Origin: Candidatus Fraserbacteria bacterium
GTDB taxonomy: Bacteria; Bipolaricaulota; Bipolaricaulia; RBG-16-55-9; DRXL01
Reading direction: 5' to 3'
Assembly (NCBI GenBank): GCA_947085185.1
Contig: CAMTVK010000007.1
Location: 76,191 to 140,190 of the forward strand
DNA length: 64,000 bases
Below, one piece after another: positions 41,326-50,486 of the stretch; the stretch's first letter is position 1, and the number at the start of each line of letters is the position of its first letter. The position numbers and the translations under genes were made by a program. Under the pieces are notes generated by a model. It saw only the letters and a list, made by a program, of their open reading frames with translations. It ran no database searches and had not been told where the DNA came from.

Positions 41326-41889
41326 ATGACCTCCAAAGCCCAGATTAAATTCACTTATGAAGACTACAAGAGCCTGCCCTACGTGGAGCGCCAGCGCTAT
41401 GAGCTGCTCGAAGGAGAATTGATCCCTATGACGCCATCGCCGGGGGAATCCCATCAGCGCACCTTGGCCAATGTGGGGTTTTACTTGCAGATGTTCGTCC
41501 GGCACCACCGGCTCGGCTCTCTCTATTATGCCCCCTTGGACGTGGTGCTGGGGGAGCCTGGGGAGGAGCAGGTCGTCCAGCCCGACATTCTCTTTGTGGC
41601 CAAAGGGCGGCGCCGTATCATCCGCGAGGAGGAGATTCGCGGGGCGCCGGATTTGGTGGTGGAGGTGCTCTCGGCTTCTACAGAGGAGCGGGATCGGGTC
41701 TTCAAGCGGCGCCTCTACGCCAAGTACGGCGTGAGAGAGTATTGGATCGTTGACCCTGAGGCCAAGACCATTGAGGTTTTGACGTTCAGGGCGCGGGGGT
41801 ACGAGCGGGCGGGGCTCTACACCAAGGGCGAGATTCTCCAATCGCCGCTCTTGGCGGGGTTGCAGATTCCCCTCGACGAGGTCTTTTGA
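41326..41889 (+). CDS. Uma2-family endonuclease
   Basis: YELLEG, QPDI, PDLVVEVLS, YAKYGVREYWIVDP. Confidence 0.92.
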   Translation: MTSKAQIKFTYEDYKSLPYVERQRYELLEGELIPMTPSPGESHQRTLANVGFYLQMFVRHHRLGSLYYAPLDVVLGEPGEEQVVQPDILFVAKGRRRIIREEEIRGAPDLVVEVLSASTEERDRVFKRRLYAKYGVREYWIVDPEAKTIEVLTFRARGYERAGLYTKGEILQSPLLAGLQIPLDEVF

Positions 41890-41926
41890 ATCACGGAAGG
41901 CACGGGATCGCGCGGAGAGCACGGAA

Positions 41927-42113
41927 GTGGTGACGCTCTACGGGCGCGACGGGGCTGCGTGGCGCAGTGAAGTGAGAAAGCTCGTGGTGCGATAGAATCA
42001 CGGGAGGCGCGGAAGTGTCCCACGGAGGGCACGGAAGAACGGTGCTTCCGTGCTTTCCGTGGCCTTTCTGTGTGCTCCGTGGTTCTAGCTTGCACGGCTA
42101 GGGAGCACCCGCG
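41927..42113 (+). repeat. Direct repeat of about 188 bp, copy 2
   Basis: Duplicate of 39963-40150, preceded by a half CACGGA element (41887-41927). Confidence 0.9.
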
Positions 42114-42235
42114 TGATCGCTGGTATTGACGATCCCGAGCGCCCTTGAGGAGCCGAGGGGGTCTCGCAGGTACGCGGGCCCTTGGGGAATGTACAGCGTT
42201 TGACGAGGCTGTCACTCGAGCAGTATAATGCTCCA

Positions 42236-42498
42236 GTGCGCGTTGCCAGCTTTGAGTGGGATCGTGCTAATATCGCTCTCGGCACCAGGTTCAAGCCCAA
42301 GAAGTCGAGGAAGTCTTCTATGGCAATCTCCGCGTGTTTAAAGGACGTCACCGAAGATTTCTGGCCTATGGGCAGAGTTTCTCCGGAAGATATCTCTTTG
42401 TAGTCTTCGAGCAGCGAGGCCGGGGGAGGATTCGTGTGATCACGGCGCGAGAGATGAGCGCAAAAGAGAAGCGACGCTTCCGACGATGGCTCAGATGA
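42236..42498 (+). pseudogene. brnT: BrnT-family toxin, frameshifted
   Basis: MRVASFEWDRANIA, frame change, then RHQVQAQEVEEVF...GRYLFVVF...IRVITAREM. Confidence 0.8.
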
Positions 42499-42815
42499 AG
42501 AAGAGCAAGAGCAGCCAGCGAATAGTCTACCTCCGCTCGGTGGAGGAGATCCCGGAGTTTGAGAGCCTCGAAGAAGAGGCGGCGTTTTGGGATACTCATA
42601 GCCCGGTCGAGATTCTGGATCAGTTGGAGCCGGTCAAGCTGGAGTTGACCAGCGCGCTGCGACGGAAGTTGGAGGAGCGTTATCAAGAGCGGCTGCTTTC
42701 CGTATGGCTGAAGCCGCACCAGATTAAACGGCTCAAGGAGATCGCCAAAGAGCAAGGGATTGATTGCTTCACGTTAGTGAAGCGATGGATTGAAGCGGGG
42801 ATAGAGACTCAGTAG
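42486..42815 (+). CDS. CopG-like (BrnA-type) antitoxin
   Basis: IPEFESLEEEAAFWDTH and C-terminal RHH-like region. Confidence 0.8.
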   Translation: MAQMKKSKSSQRIVYLRSVEEIPEFESLEEEAAFWDTHSPVEILDQLEPVKLELTSALRRKLEERYQERLLSVWLKPHQIKRLKEIAKEQGIDCFTLVKRWIEAGIETQ

Positions 42816-42996
42816 CCCTTGAGCTGATGTTCGCTGTGTTCATTGCTTTTTCGGCGATTAGCAGACACGCTTGAAAGATTCAAACGGCCGAGGGTCTCGC
42901 GCACGCCGCAGGGCTCCCGGATGGTTTTGGGGAAGTGTTGTAGGCATTTGCTCGTTCGTGATGCTCATGCTATAGTAAGGTGTTAGTGAAAAAGCC

Positions 42997-43257
42997 ATGA
43001 TCACGCGTCAAGAACTGGCCCAGAAGGTGATTGATTATCTGCAGCATCGTATGGCGCTGGTCGAACTGGTGGACTGGGCCGAGAGGGCGCTGATGGAGAG
43101 CGATCTTGACGAGCGCGATCTTGACGTTCTGCGTGAGGCTCTGGCGCGCCTGGGCCTAGCCGACGTCAAGGCGTTTGGCTTGAGCTGGGAAGAGTGCGAG
43201 CAGCTTCTGGCGCGCTTGGGGTACCGTATCCACGTAGAGGTCTCACCAGTGCCCTAA
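42997..43257 (+). CDS. Hypothetical protein (86 aa)
   Basis: Clean ORF with an upstream -10-like TATAGT, between two hairpin repeats. Confidence 0.65.
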   Translation: MITRQELAQKVIDYLQHRMALVELVDWAERALMESDLDERDLDVLREALARLGLADVKAFGLSWEECEQLLARLGYRIHVEVSPVP

Positions 43258-43556
43258 TCCCTAGCGGCGCAGCCGAGGGTCTCACGCACGCCGCAGGGCT
43301 CCTTGTGTAACATAGATTACAGACACCTGACCCCAAGCGAGATATCATAGCTCCATAGGAAGGTTGGCGAATCCCTAGGGCGTTCAGCACAGGGGTCTTG
43401 ACTTATGGACGGAGAAAGTGCTAAGATAACGGACGTCAAAAATACTCTCTTCGCTGCAAAAGGAGGTGTCGGCGCGCGTACAGAATATCGGAGTCACAGT
43501 CGTTCAGGCAGGCGGAAGTCGTTCAACCTAAAAGCTTCACAAAAAAGGAGGATGCG

Positions 43557-44429
43557 ATGAAGCTCAAGAACATTGCAGTCATCGGGTTGGTGTTGGTTGG
43601 CGCAGTCGGAGCGGTCATCAGCTTTATGGTCTTGGCGGCGATCATCAACGGCGGGCCGGGTGACGATACGTTGACGGACACGGGGGGTAACGACGTCATT
43701 CGCGGCTTTGCGGGCGATGACGACATCACCGTGACTGGCGGGAACGATCGTGTGGACGCTGGCGATGACGACGATCAGATCGAGATTCAGGCCGGTGCCG
43801 GACGCGTTTACGTCGTCGGTGGCGAGGGCAATGACGTCATTGACGCTCAAGGTGGCGCAAACCATCGGATCTTCGGCAACGACGGGGATGACAACATTCT
43901 CATTGGGAGCGCCGTCTCCGGTGCCCGCGTGGATGCTGGCGATGGCGACGATGTCATTGATCTTACCGAAGTGGGCACTGCTGCCGGTGTCACGGCGAAT
44001 GTCGTGGTCTACGGCGGCAACGGCGACGACGAGATCGAAGCGATCGGCTGTGGTACTACTATCGCCTGTAATCTCAAGATTTACGGCGGCCCTGGTGTGG
44101 ACAACATCACGCTCGGCACTGGCCGCTCTTTTGTCGAGCCGGGCGAGGACGCCGACGTGGTCGTGGCTGGTACTGACCCAGATAGCCGTGACATCATCAA
44201 CATCCGTGTCGGCGACGTGCCCGCAGGGGAGACTGAGAAAATCACCTGCGCGCAAGAATCTGATGCGGAGACAACCGTGATCCTCAAGCGCAACTCCTTA
44301 GGGTTTTTCCCTCGGGGAACGCCGACGCAGTTTGACACCAGCGGCGTCTTGACGATCATTGACCCACTTACAGGGGGAATCTACGAAATACGGCAAGGAG
44401 ATGGCATCTGTCGGGTCGTGCGACGATAG
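43557..44429 (+). CDS. Signal-peptide RTX/hemolysin-type Ca-binding repeat protein 1
   Basis: GGxGxD nonapeptide repeats; AAGGAGG RBS. Confidence 0.85.
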   Translation: MKLKNIAVIGLVLVGAVGAVISFMVLAAIINGGPGDDTLTDTGGNDVIRGFAGDDDITVTGGNDRVDAGDDDDQIEIQAGAGRVYVVGGEGNDVIDAQGGANHRIFGNDGDDNILIGSAVSGARVDAGDGDDVIDLTEVGTAAGVTANVVVYGGNGDDEIEAIGCGTTIACNLKIYGGPGVDNITLGTGRSFVEPGEDADVVVAGTDPDSRDIINIRVGDVPAGETEKITCAQESDAETTVILKRNSLGFFPRGTPTQFDTSGVLTIIDPLTGGIYEIRQGDGICRVVRR

Positions 44430-44577
44430 TCGTTAGCTGTGGGGCACATTGGTATGTGATCTATTTTGTTGGATATGCCAATGTGCCACACGTGCTTTTA
44501 TGATGAAGGGGAGGTGATCGTCGTTAATATTGCTGGGGTTTACATCAGGGTCAACCACAAAAAAGGAGGTTTTACCA

Positions 44578-45576
44578 ATGAAGCGAAGCAAATGGCAGGT
44601 CTTAGGAAGTTTGGCGGCCGCAGTAACTTGTTTGGTCGGGCTTGTTGCGCTGGCAGCGGTCATCATTGGCACGCCAAATGATGACGTGATTGTTGGCACT
44701 CCTTCAGGAGATCTGATCAAAGGCTTGGAAGGGAACGACGATATCTCCGGTGGGTTCGGAAACGACCGAATTGAAGGCGGCCCAGGTGATGACACCATAG
44801 ACGGTGAAGAAGGATCTGACCGAATCTCTGGTGATTCCGGGAACGACACTTTGACAGGAGGGGACGGCAGCGATCTCATTGATGGTGGCAGCGATGACGA
44901 TAGTATTGATGGTGGCGATGGAAACGATCGGCTCTTAGGTGGCTCAGATGGTGATGTTATCATAGCTGGTAGTGGTAATGATCGCCTCGAGGGGGGTACC
45001 GGCAACGATGGGCTCAATGGTGGACCGGGCAACGATCTCCTCAATGGAGGAGAGGGTGATGAAGATGCTCTTGCTGGCGGCATCGTTGGCGGCGACGGCA
45101 ACGATCGGCTGATCGGTGGGTCAGGTGATGACAATCTAGGTGATACCAACGGAGACTGTACGGACGACGAAGAACCGGGCAACGATCGGCTGGAAGGCGG
45201 CGAAGGCGACGATGTGCTCTGTGGAGGCAGCGGCAACGATCTGCTGGTGGGCGGGCCGGGCGCTGACGACAATGGGGGCATCACTCCCATTACTGGAGGC
45301 TTCGCCGATGCTCTACCTGAAACCGACACATACTGGATCCGTCAAGGAGACGTGCCGGAGTTAGAAGTAGAGACCTATCTTTGCACTACTGAAGCAGGTG
45401 ATACCGGGATCATCATCTTCTTTGGGCGGCAGTTCAACTTCCCGCCGGGCGTCATTGTGCCCGGGCAGCTCTTCGACAACGCTCCAGGTCCCGATCTCGT
45501 CGTTACTGATCCTTCGACTTTCGGGATGTACGAGATAGACGCAGGCCCCGGGACGTGCTTAATCAGGAAGCGCTAA
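44578..45576 (+). CDS. Signal-peptide RTX repeat protein 2
   Basis: Many GGxGNDxL repeats; AAGGAGG RBS. Confidence 0.85.
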   Translation: MKRSKWQVLGSLAAAVTCLVGLVALAAVIIGTPNDDVIVGTPSGDLIKGLEGNDDISGGFGNDRIEGGPGDDTIDGEEGSDRISGDSGNDTLTGGDGSDLIDGGSDDDSIDGGDGNDRLLGGSDGDVIIAGSGNDRLEGGTGNDGLNGGPGNDLLNGGEGDEDALAGGIVGGDGNDRLIGGSGDDNLGDTNGDCTDDEEPGNDRLEGGEGDDVLCGGSGNDLLVGGPGADDNGGITPITGGFADALPETDTYWIRQGDVPELEVETYLCTTEAGDTGIIIFFGRQFNFPPGVIVPGQLFDNAPGPDLVVTDPSTFGMYEIDAGPGTCLIRKR

Positions 45577-45793
45577 CTTCGGCAGTAGATTGAGCTGAGC
45601 AAAGATCGGATAACACCGGGGGTCTCGCGGGTGCGGGGCCCCCGGAGTGGTTTTAAGACCGTACGAAGGGCCGCGAAAGCACCTATGGATGCCGCGACTC
45701 GCGCCAGTCCTGGATGATCGTGGGGAGCGCTAGGATTAGAGCAACTAGCACAACTCCCCCCAGCAGGACGTAAAGGCCAAGATACTCCATAAT

Positions 45794-45991
45794 TCATTCA
45801 CTCCTCTTCTTGGGTCGAGTGAGCATGTAAGCCAGCCAGGCAAGGATACCGTAGGTCAAGATGCCGATTGTCCCCAGCGATAGCCGGAAGCCCTCTGGGC
45901 TCAAGATTTGTCCGAAGACTAACGCTCCCACCGCTATGTTCGCTGTATCCATCAGCTTTTCCGCGAAGAGTCGCCGTTGCTCTGGAGTCAT
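45794..45991 (-). CDS. Small two-TM hypothetical protein
   Basis: 65 aa, two hydrophobic segments, TGn-TAAGCT upstream. Confidence 0.6.
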   Translation of the reverse strand: MTPEQRRLFAEKLMDTANIAVGALVFGQILSPEGFRLSLGTIGILTYGILAWLAYMLTRPKKRSE

Positions 45992-46160
45992 AGACGCAAT
46001 TAGCTTAGCAAGAGAGATTCAAGAATTCAAGGCGGTTGGGCGTGACGCGCGTCACCGACGCTGGGGGCCCTTGTCCCGTATAATAGTGCCATGAGCGATC
46101 CATGCGCTGCGCTGAGAAGCGCGGGCCGGCACAAGCTAACACTTTGGAAGGAGGCATGCG

Positions 46161-47060
46161 ATGACACAACGACAATTTTACCGAACGGCGATCGCAATCT
46201 TGGGGATCTCAGCGCTGGCAGCGCTGGGGATTGTCAGCTATCTGGTGCTGGCGCTGAACTTCACTTGCCCACCCGCTGGAACGAGCGGCACAACAGTCAC
46301 CCTCTGCCAGGGAACAGATAGAAGCGATACAATTGTGTTCGCCTCCGGAATTTCTGCCAGTACCATCACAACCATCAATGGTGGAGGTGGCAGCGATCGC
46401 ATCATTCTAGACTCAAGGGGCACAACAACGCTCGCTATCGGTTCCAATCCGCAAGTCAATGGAGGAGATGGCAACGATAGTATCACGGTTGATTCTCGCG
46501 TGACCAATAATATACAGATAAACGGTGGGGCAGGCAATGATGTGATTTTCGATGGCGGTGGCGGTACTGCAACGCTCCCGTTGAGAGGCGAGGCTGGCAA
46601 CGATATCATCCGAGGGAATGGAGGAAACGACACGATTGAGGGGGGAGATGGCAACGATTTCCTGCTAGGTGGAACGGGCACTGACACAATCAATGGTGGA
46701 CCAGGCAACGATATAATTGACCCTGGCCCAGACGGGGATGGAACCACTTTCCCAGCGACAGCCACAGCCGGCCCCATAGATGGCGGCGGAGGCAATGATG
46801 TTTTTATTCTTCGGCGAGGAGATTCCGGTAATGTTCAAGAGAATATCATCTGCACGCGTAACTCGTCAGATCGCAGCGTGGTGAGATTGGTCGGTTACTC
46901 CAAAGACGATCCAGCCTTAGCGGGGATCGCGCCTAGCGTGTTGCCGCCTGATCCGTCTCCGTTACCGACGATTCCTGGAGCGATTATTCGCGACGGTACA
47001 GGAAGCTTCAGGATCTTCGCTGGGCCGGGCCGTTGTTCGATTGTGGTCGGCACGCGTTAG
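46161..47060 (+). CDS. Signal-peptide RTX repeat protein 3
   Basis: GGxGND repeats; AAGGAGG RBS. Confidence 0.85.
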   Translation: MTQRQFYRTAIAILGISALAALGIVSYLVLALNFTCPPAGTSGTTVTLCQGTDRSDTIVFASGISASTITTINGGGGSDRIILDSRGTTTLAIGSNPQVNGGDGNDSITVDSRVTNNIQINGGAGNDVIFDGGGGTATLPLRGEAGNDIIRGNGGNDTIEGGDGNDFLLGGTGTDTINGGPGNDIIDPGPDGDGTTFPATATAGPIDGGGGNDVFILRRGDSGNVQENIICTRNSSDRSVVRLVGYSKDDPALAGIAPSVLPPDPSPLPTIPGAIIRDGTGSFRIFAGPGRCSIVVGTR

Positions 47061-47093
47061 ATTTATAACGAAAGCTCTTGAAGGAGGTTCGCA

Positions 47094-47960
47094 ATGTTGG
47101 AGCGCTTTAAGGAGCAAACTAGTCTCGGTCTGGTGCTTGTCTTCGCTCTTGTCGGAGTGATAGGCTTTATCGCTTGGGCTGCCGTGATCAACGGCACTCC
47201 GGGGGATGATGATATTGAAGGAACGTCTGCGAATGACAACATCAAGGGATTCGCTGGCGACGATGTCATAAGCGGTAAGGGCGGAAATGACTTCATAGAC
47301 GGCGGTCTGCACGATGATATGATCGCCGGTGACTTCGGAAACGATACCATCTTCGGTGGCGACGGCGATGACACCATCTGCGGTGGTGGCTACGAAGATC
47401 CTTCCGGTAAGTCTGGATGCGATTTCACTTCCCCCAATTTCCCGGTTACCAGTGATGTGATCAACGGTGGTCGCGGCAACGACATGATCTTCGGCAGCAG
47501 TGGCAACGACCGTCTTATGGGCGGCCCCGGCCACGACACGCTCGTCGGCGGGGCCGGGAATGACTATATTGACGGTGGCACCGGCAATGACACCATTGAT
47601 GAATTAGTGGACGATGGCAGTATAAGCGATTGCGGGAACAACACTCTCATCGGCGGAGCGGGCAACGATGTCATCACCGGCGGCTGCGGCAACGACTTTA
47701 TAGATCCTGGGCAAGGGCTCGATCAAGTAGACGCCGGCCCGGGCGATGACACGATCATCATCCGTCCTGGGGACGTCACGGGATTCCAGACAGAGATCAT
47801 CGCCTGTGGCGAAGGCGACAACGATACGGTGCTGCTCTCCGGCTTCCCGCGAGGGATCCAGCTTCCCACTGGCACCAACCCGCCGGTGACAGTCACCGAT
47901 CCCTGGACACGGGGGACGTATCTTATTGACGCCAGCTGCGAGATCATCGCCCGACGCTAG
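47094..47960 (+). CDS. Signal-peptide RTX repeat protein 4
   Basis: GGxGND repeats; AAGGAGGT RBS. Confidence 0.85.
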   Translation: MLERFKEQTSLGLVLVFALVGVIGFIAWAAVINGTPGDDDIEGTSANDNIKGFAGDDVISGKGGNDFIDGGLHDDMIAGDFGNDTIFGGDGDDTICGGGYEDPSGKSGCDFTSPNFPVTSDVINGGRGNDMIFGSSGNDRLMGGPGHDTLVGGAGNDYIDGGTGNDTIDELVDDGSISDCGNNTLIGGAGNDVITGGCGNDFIDPGQGLDQVDAGPGDDTIIIRPGDVTGFQTEIIACGEGDNDTVLLSGFPRGIQLPTGTNPPVTVTDPWTRGTYLIDASCEIIARR

Positions 47961-48133
47961 CCCTAGCGAGGTTGGCAGGAGCGACGCGCATCAGAAGTCT
48001 GAAGAGTCCATAGAGTCTCGGGAGTCGGACTCTATGGACTCTCTTGACTCTCCTCAGGGACCGCCGTGACGTCGAGGAAGGACAGCCGGCCTTGCACCCC
48101 GCTCCCTAAACACCCTACAATGTGCCACAGCTT

Positions 48134-49432
48134 ATGAGCGGAAAAATACGGCGCGTCATGATCGGCCTCGGCTGGCTCGGCCTCGCCTTGCTCAGCTTGC
48201 TCTCTTCTGATAAGAATATTCACGCCCAACAGGCCCTCGCCGAAGTCAGCGTCGAGAGCAAAACTCTCGCGCCTAACTCCACCGGCTCCGTCACTATTAG
48301 CATCAGCGAAGGCCCCAACGCCGGCGTCGCCGACATCCAAGGGACCCTGCGGTTCGATCCCAGAGTCCTCAAAGCGACTAAAGTCGAGGGCCAGCAGGAC
48401 TACGAGGTCTTCGCTTCTAAGCTCGATAACAACGCCGGCGAAGCGAAGTTCGTCGTCACCAAGCTGCGCGCCCCCTACGCGAAAGCCGGCCCACTTATCA
48501 AGATCGAATTCCAAGCGATCGGCAGATCGGGCGATAGATCAGATCTTCGGCTCACTTTAGATAAGCTGGGCGATCCCACCGATCGCACTATACCCCATAA
48601 GATCATCAACGGGCTGATCACGCTGGGAATGGTGCAGAATCAGCCGCCCACTGCGAATTTTAGTTTCACCCCCGCCGCGCCCAAGGTGGACGAAGAGATC
48701 TCGTTCAAGGACGAATCTACTGATCCTGACGGCCCAACAGACATCGTCAGTTGGGAGTGGGACTTCGGCGATGGCACCACGAGCACCGAACAGAACCCCA
48801 AGAAGAAATACGCTCAGAAGAAAGTCTACGACGTCAAGCTCACGGTGAAGGACAGAGCGGGGCTGCCCAGCTTTGTGGTGAAGAAAGTTCCGGTGGGCAT
48901 CGTGCCGCCCAAAGCTGATTTTGTGTTCAGCCCCACAAGCCCCGAAGTCGGCGACGAGGTTCAGTTTACGGATAAGTCTACCGACGACGGCAAGATCGTT
49001 GGGTGGCGCTGGGACTTTGGTGACGGCACCACGAGCACTGAACAAAACCCCAAGAAGAAATACGCTCAGGCGGGAACTTTTAAAGTCAAGCTCACCGCGC
49101 GGGATAACGATGGCGCCGAGAGCACCGTTGAGAAGAGCATCACTGTGAAGGCTTCAAGTAGGCCGATCATCGGGGTCTTTCCCAATCCGGCGCGCGACAG
49201 TGCGACGTTTGTGTTCACCTTGCCGCCTGGGGCGACCGGCGGGACGTTGCTTGTCTTCAATATCGCTGGGAGGGTCGTGCTGCGCAAGGAGAAGCTGACG
49301 GGAACCCAATTTGTGTGGGACATCAAGAGGGACGATGTGCCCAGCGGCCCCTATTACTATCTCATGATCGCGTTCAAGGAGAACTCTGTGATAGGCCGCT
49401 CGCGCATTGAGAAACTCATCATTCAGCGTTAG
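48134..49432 (+). CDS. Cohesin-like, two PKD, T9SS-like CTD protein
   Basis: IQGTLRFDPRVLK; two WDFGDG; FPNPA...FNIAGR...SGPYYY...KLIIQR. Confidence 0.8.
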   Translation: MSGKIRRVMIGLGWLGLALLSLLSSDKNIHAQQALAEVSVESKTLAPNSTGSVTISISEGPNAGVADIQGTLRFDPRVLKATKVEGQQDYEVFASKLDNNAGEAKFVVTKLRAPYAKAGPLIKIEFQAIGRSGDRSDLRLTLDKLGDPTDRTIPHKIINGLITLGMVQNQPPTANFSFTPAAPKVDEEISFKDESTDPDGPTDIVSWEWDFGDGTTSTEQNPKKKYAQKKVYDVKLTVKDRAGLPSFVVKKVPVGIVPPKADFVFSPTSPEVGDEVQFTDKSTDDGKIVGWRWDFGDGTTSTEQNPKKKYAQAGTFKVKLTARDNDGAESTVEKSITVKASSRPIIGVFPNPARDSATFVFTLPPGATGGTLLVFNIAGRVVLRKEKLTGTQFVWDIKRDDVPSGPYYYLMIAFKENSVIGRSRIEKLIIQR

Positions 49433-49442
49433 GGAGGAGCCG

Positions 49443-50387
49443 ATGCGCCGTGCGTTTTGGCTGCTAGGACTGACTCTTATAGGGCTTGGGGGTGTGGGGC
49501 AGGCCCGCCCGCTCGTCACGGTCTTCGATATTGGCGCGGGGGTGCGCCCGGTGAGCTTGGGCGAGGCGTTCACGGGCCTGGCCGACGACGAATACGCGCT
49601 CTTCTATAACCCCGCAGGATTAGCTCTGCTCACCGGCGGTCGGGCGAGTCTCTTATATCAGTCGCACTTTGGCGCGTCCACGTATCTCAGCGCATTGGGG
49701 AGTTTTGGGAATATCGGGGGCGGACTGATATTCTTTGATTTTGGTCAAGTGCCCTGTCTGACGGCGCAGAACCAGCCCTGTAAAGACGCTCAAGGCAAGA
49801 CGATTAGCTCGTTCGGGTATTCGAGCTTCGCTCTGGCGGTCGGCTGGGGCGCTCCAATGCGCTCGTTGCCGTTCTTGAGCAATCTTCCCCAAGGGTTGGC
49901 GCTGGGGCTGAGAGTAAAATTCGTCTCGATCACGAGTTTCGATCCCGTCAAGTTTCAGTCTTTAGGGATCAGCGGGTTTGTGTTTGACCCGTCGTTGTTG
50001 TGGGAGCTCGGGGCGTTTGGGCCGGTTGAGGCCGTTCGTGTGGGCGTGGTCTTAGAGAATTTGCTCGGTTTGGCGTTTGGCGCTTCAGCAGAAGAGAATT
50101 TCCCGATGGGGCTGCGCCTGGGGGCCTCGGCACGCGCGCTCGATTTGGTCACGGTGAGCGCGGATCTTTCACTGAATGACGGGTTTCATCTGGGAGCTGA
50201 ATATACTCTGACGAAGCTAGGCCCTCTGGAGAGCTTGAGCATTCGTGCGGGGATGCTCACTCGGACGGGGCTGGGAGTGAGCGTGGGGCTGGGGGTCGTC
50301 TTCGGCACGCTGCAGATAGATTACGCGTTTCTCTTTCATCCCGATTTTGAGGGCTCGCACTGGCTCTCCGCGTCGTTTCGCTTCTAG
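49443..50387 (+). CDS. PorV/PorQ-like (UPF0164/FadL-fold) outer-membrane barrel
   Basis: GVRPVSLGEAFTGLADD...YNPAGL N-motif; IDYAF; terminal SFRF. Confidence 0.78.
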   Translation: MRRAFWLLGLTLIGLGGVGQARPLVTVFDIGAGVRPVSLGEAFTGLADDEYALFYNPAGLALLTGGRASLLYQSHFGASTYLSALGSFGNIGGGLIFFDFGQVPCLTAQNQPCKDAQGKTISSFGYSSFALAVGWGAPMRSLPFLSNLPQGLALGLRVKFVSITSFDPVKFQSLGISGFVFDPSLLWELGAFGPVEAVRVGVVLENLLGLAFGASAEENFPMGLRLGASARALDLVTVSADLSLNDGFHLGAEYTLTKLGPLESLSIRAGMLTRTGLGVSVGLGVVFGTLQIDYAFLFHPDFEGSHWLSASFRF

Positions 50388-50486
50388 TGCGCGGACGTGA
50401 TCTCCATCACTTCCCCAATGCTTGAGATTCAGTACAATAGATGTGTTCTTATTCGGGCCTGTGTGGCCCGCTGATGAGGAGGTCTC

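Noticed and set aside
40031..42087. CACGGA elements as CRISPR repeats
   Set aside because: Nested palindromes, variable in sequence, not regularly spaced
40200..45700. Canonical integron
   Set aside because: No IntI gene; hairpins are shorter than typical attC sites and I could not identify R/L boxes
43557..47960. RTX toxins or a type I secretion locus
   Set aside because: Short proteins with N-terminal signals, no toxin domain, no HlyB/HlyD/TolC in the window
47995..48052. GAGTC/GACTC-rich palindrome (partial relative near 63487-63510)
   Set aside because: Probably a terminator-like or second minor repeat; too few copies to define a family
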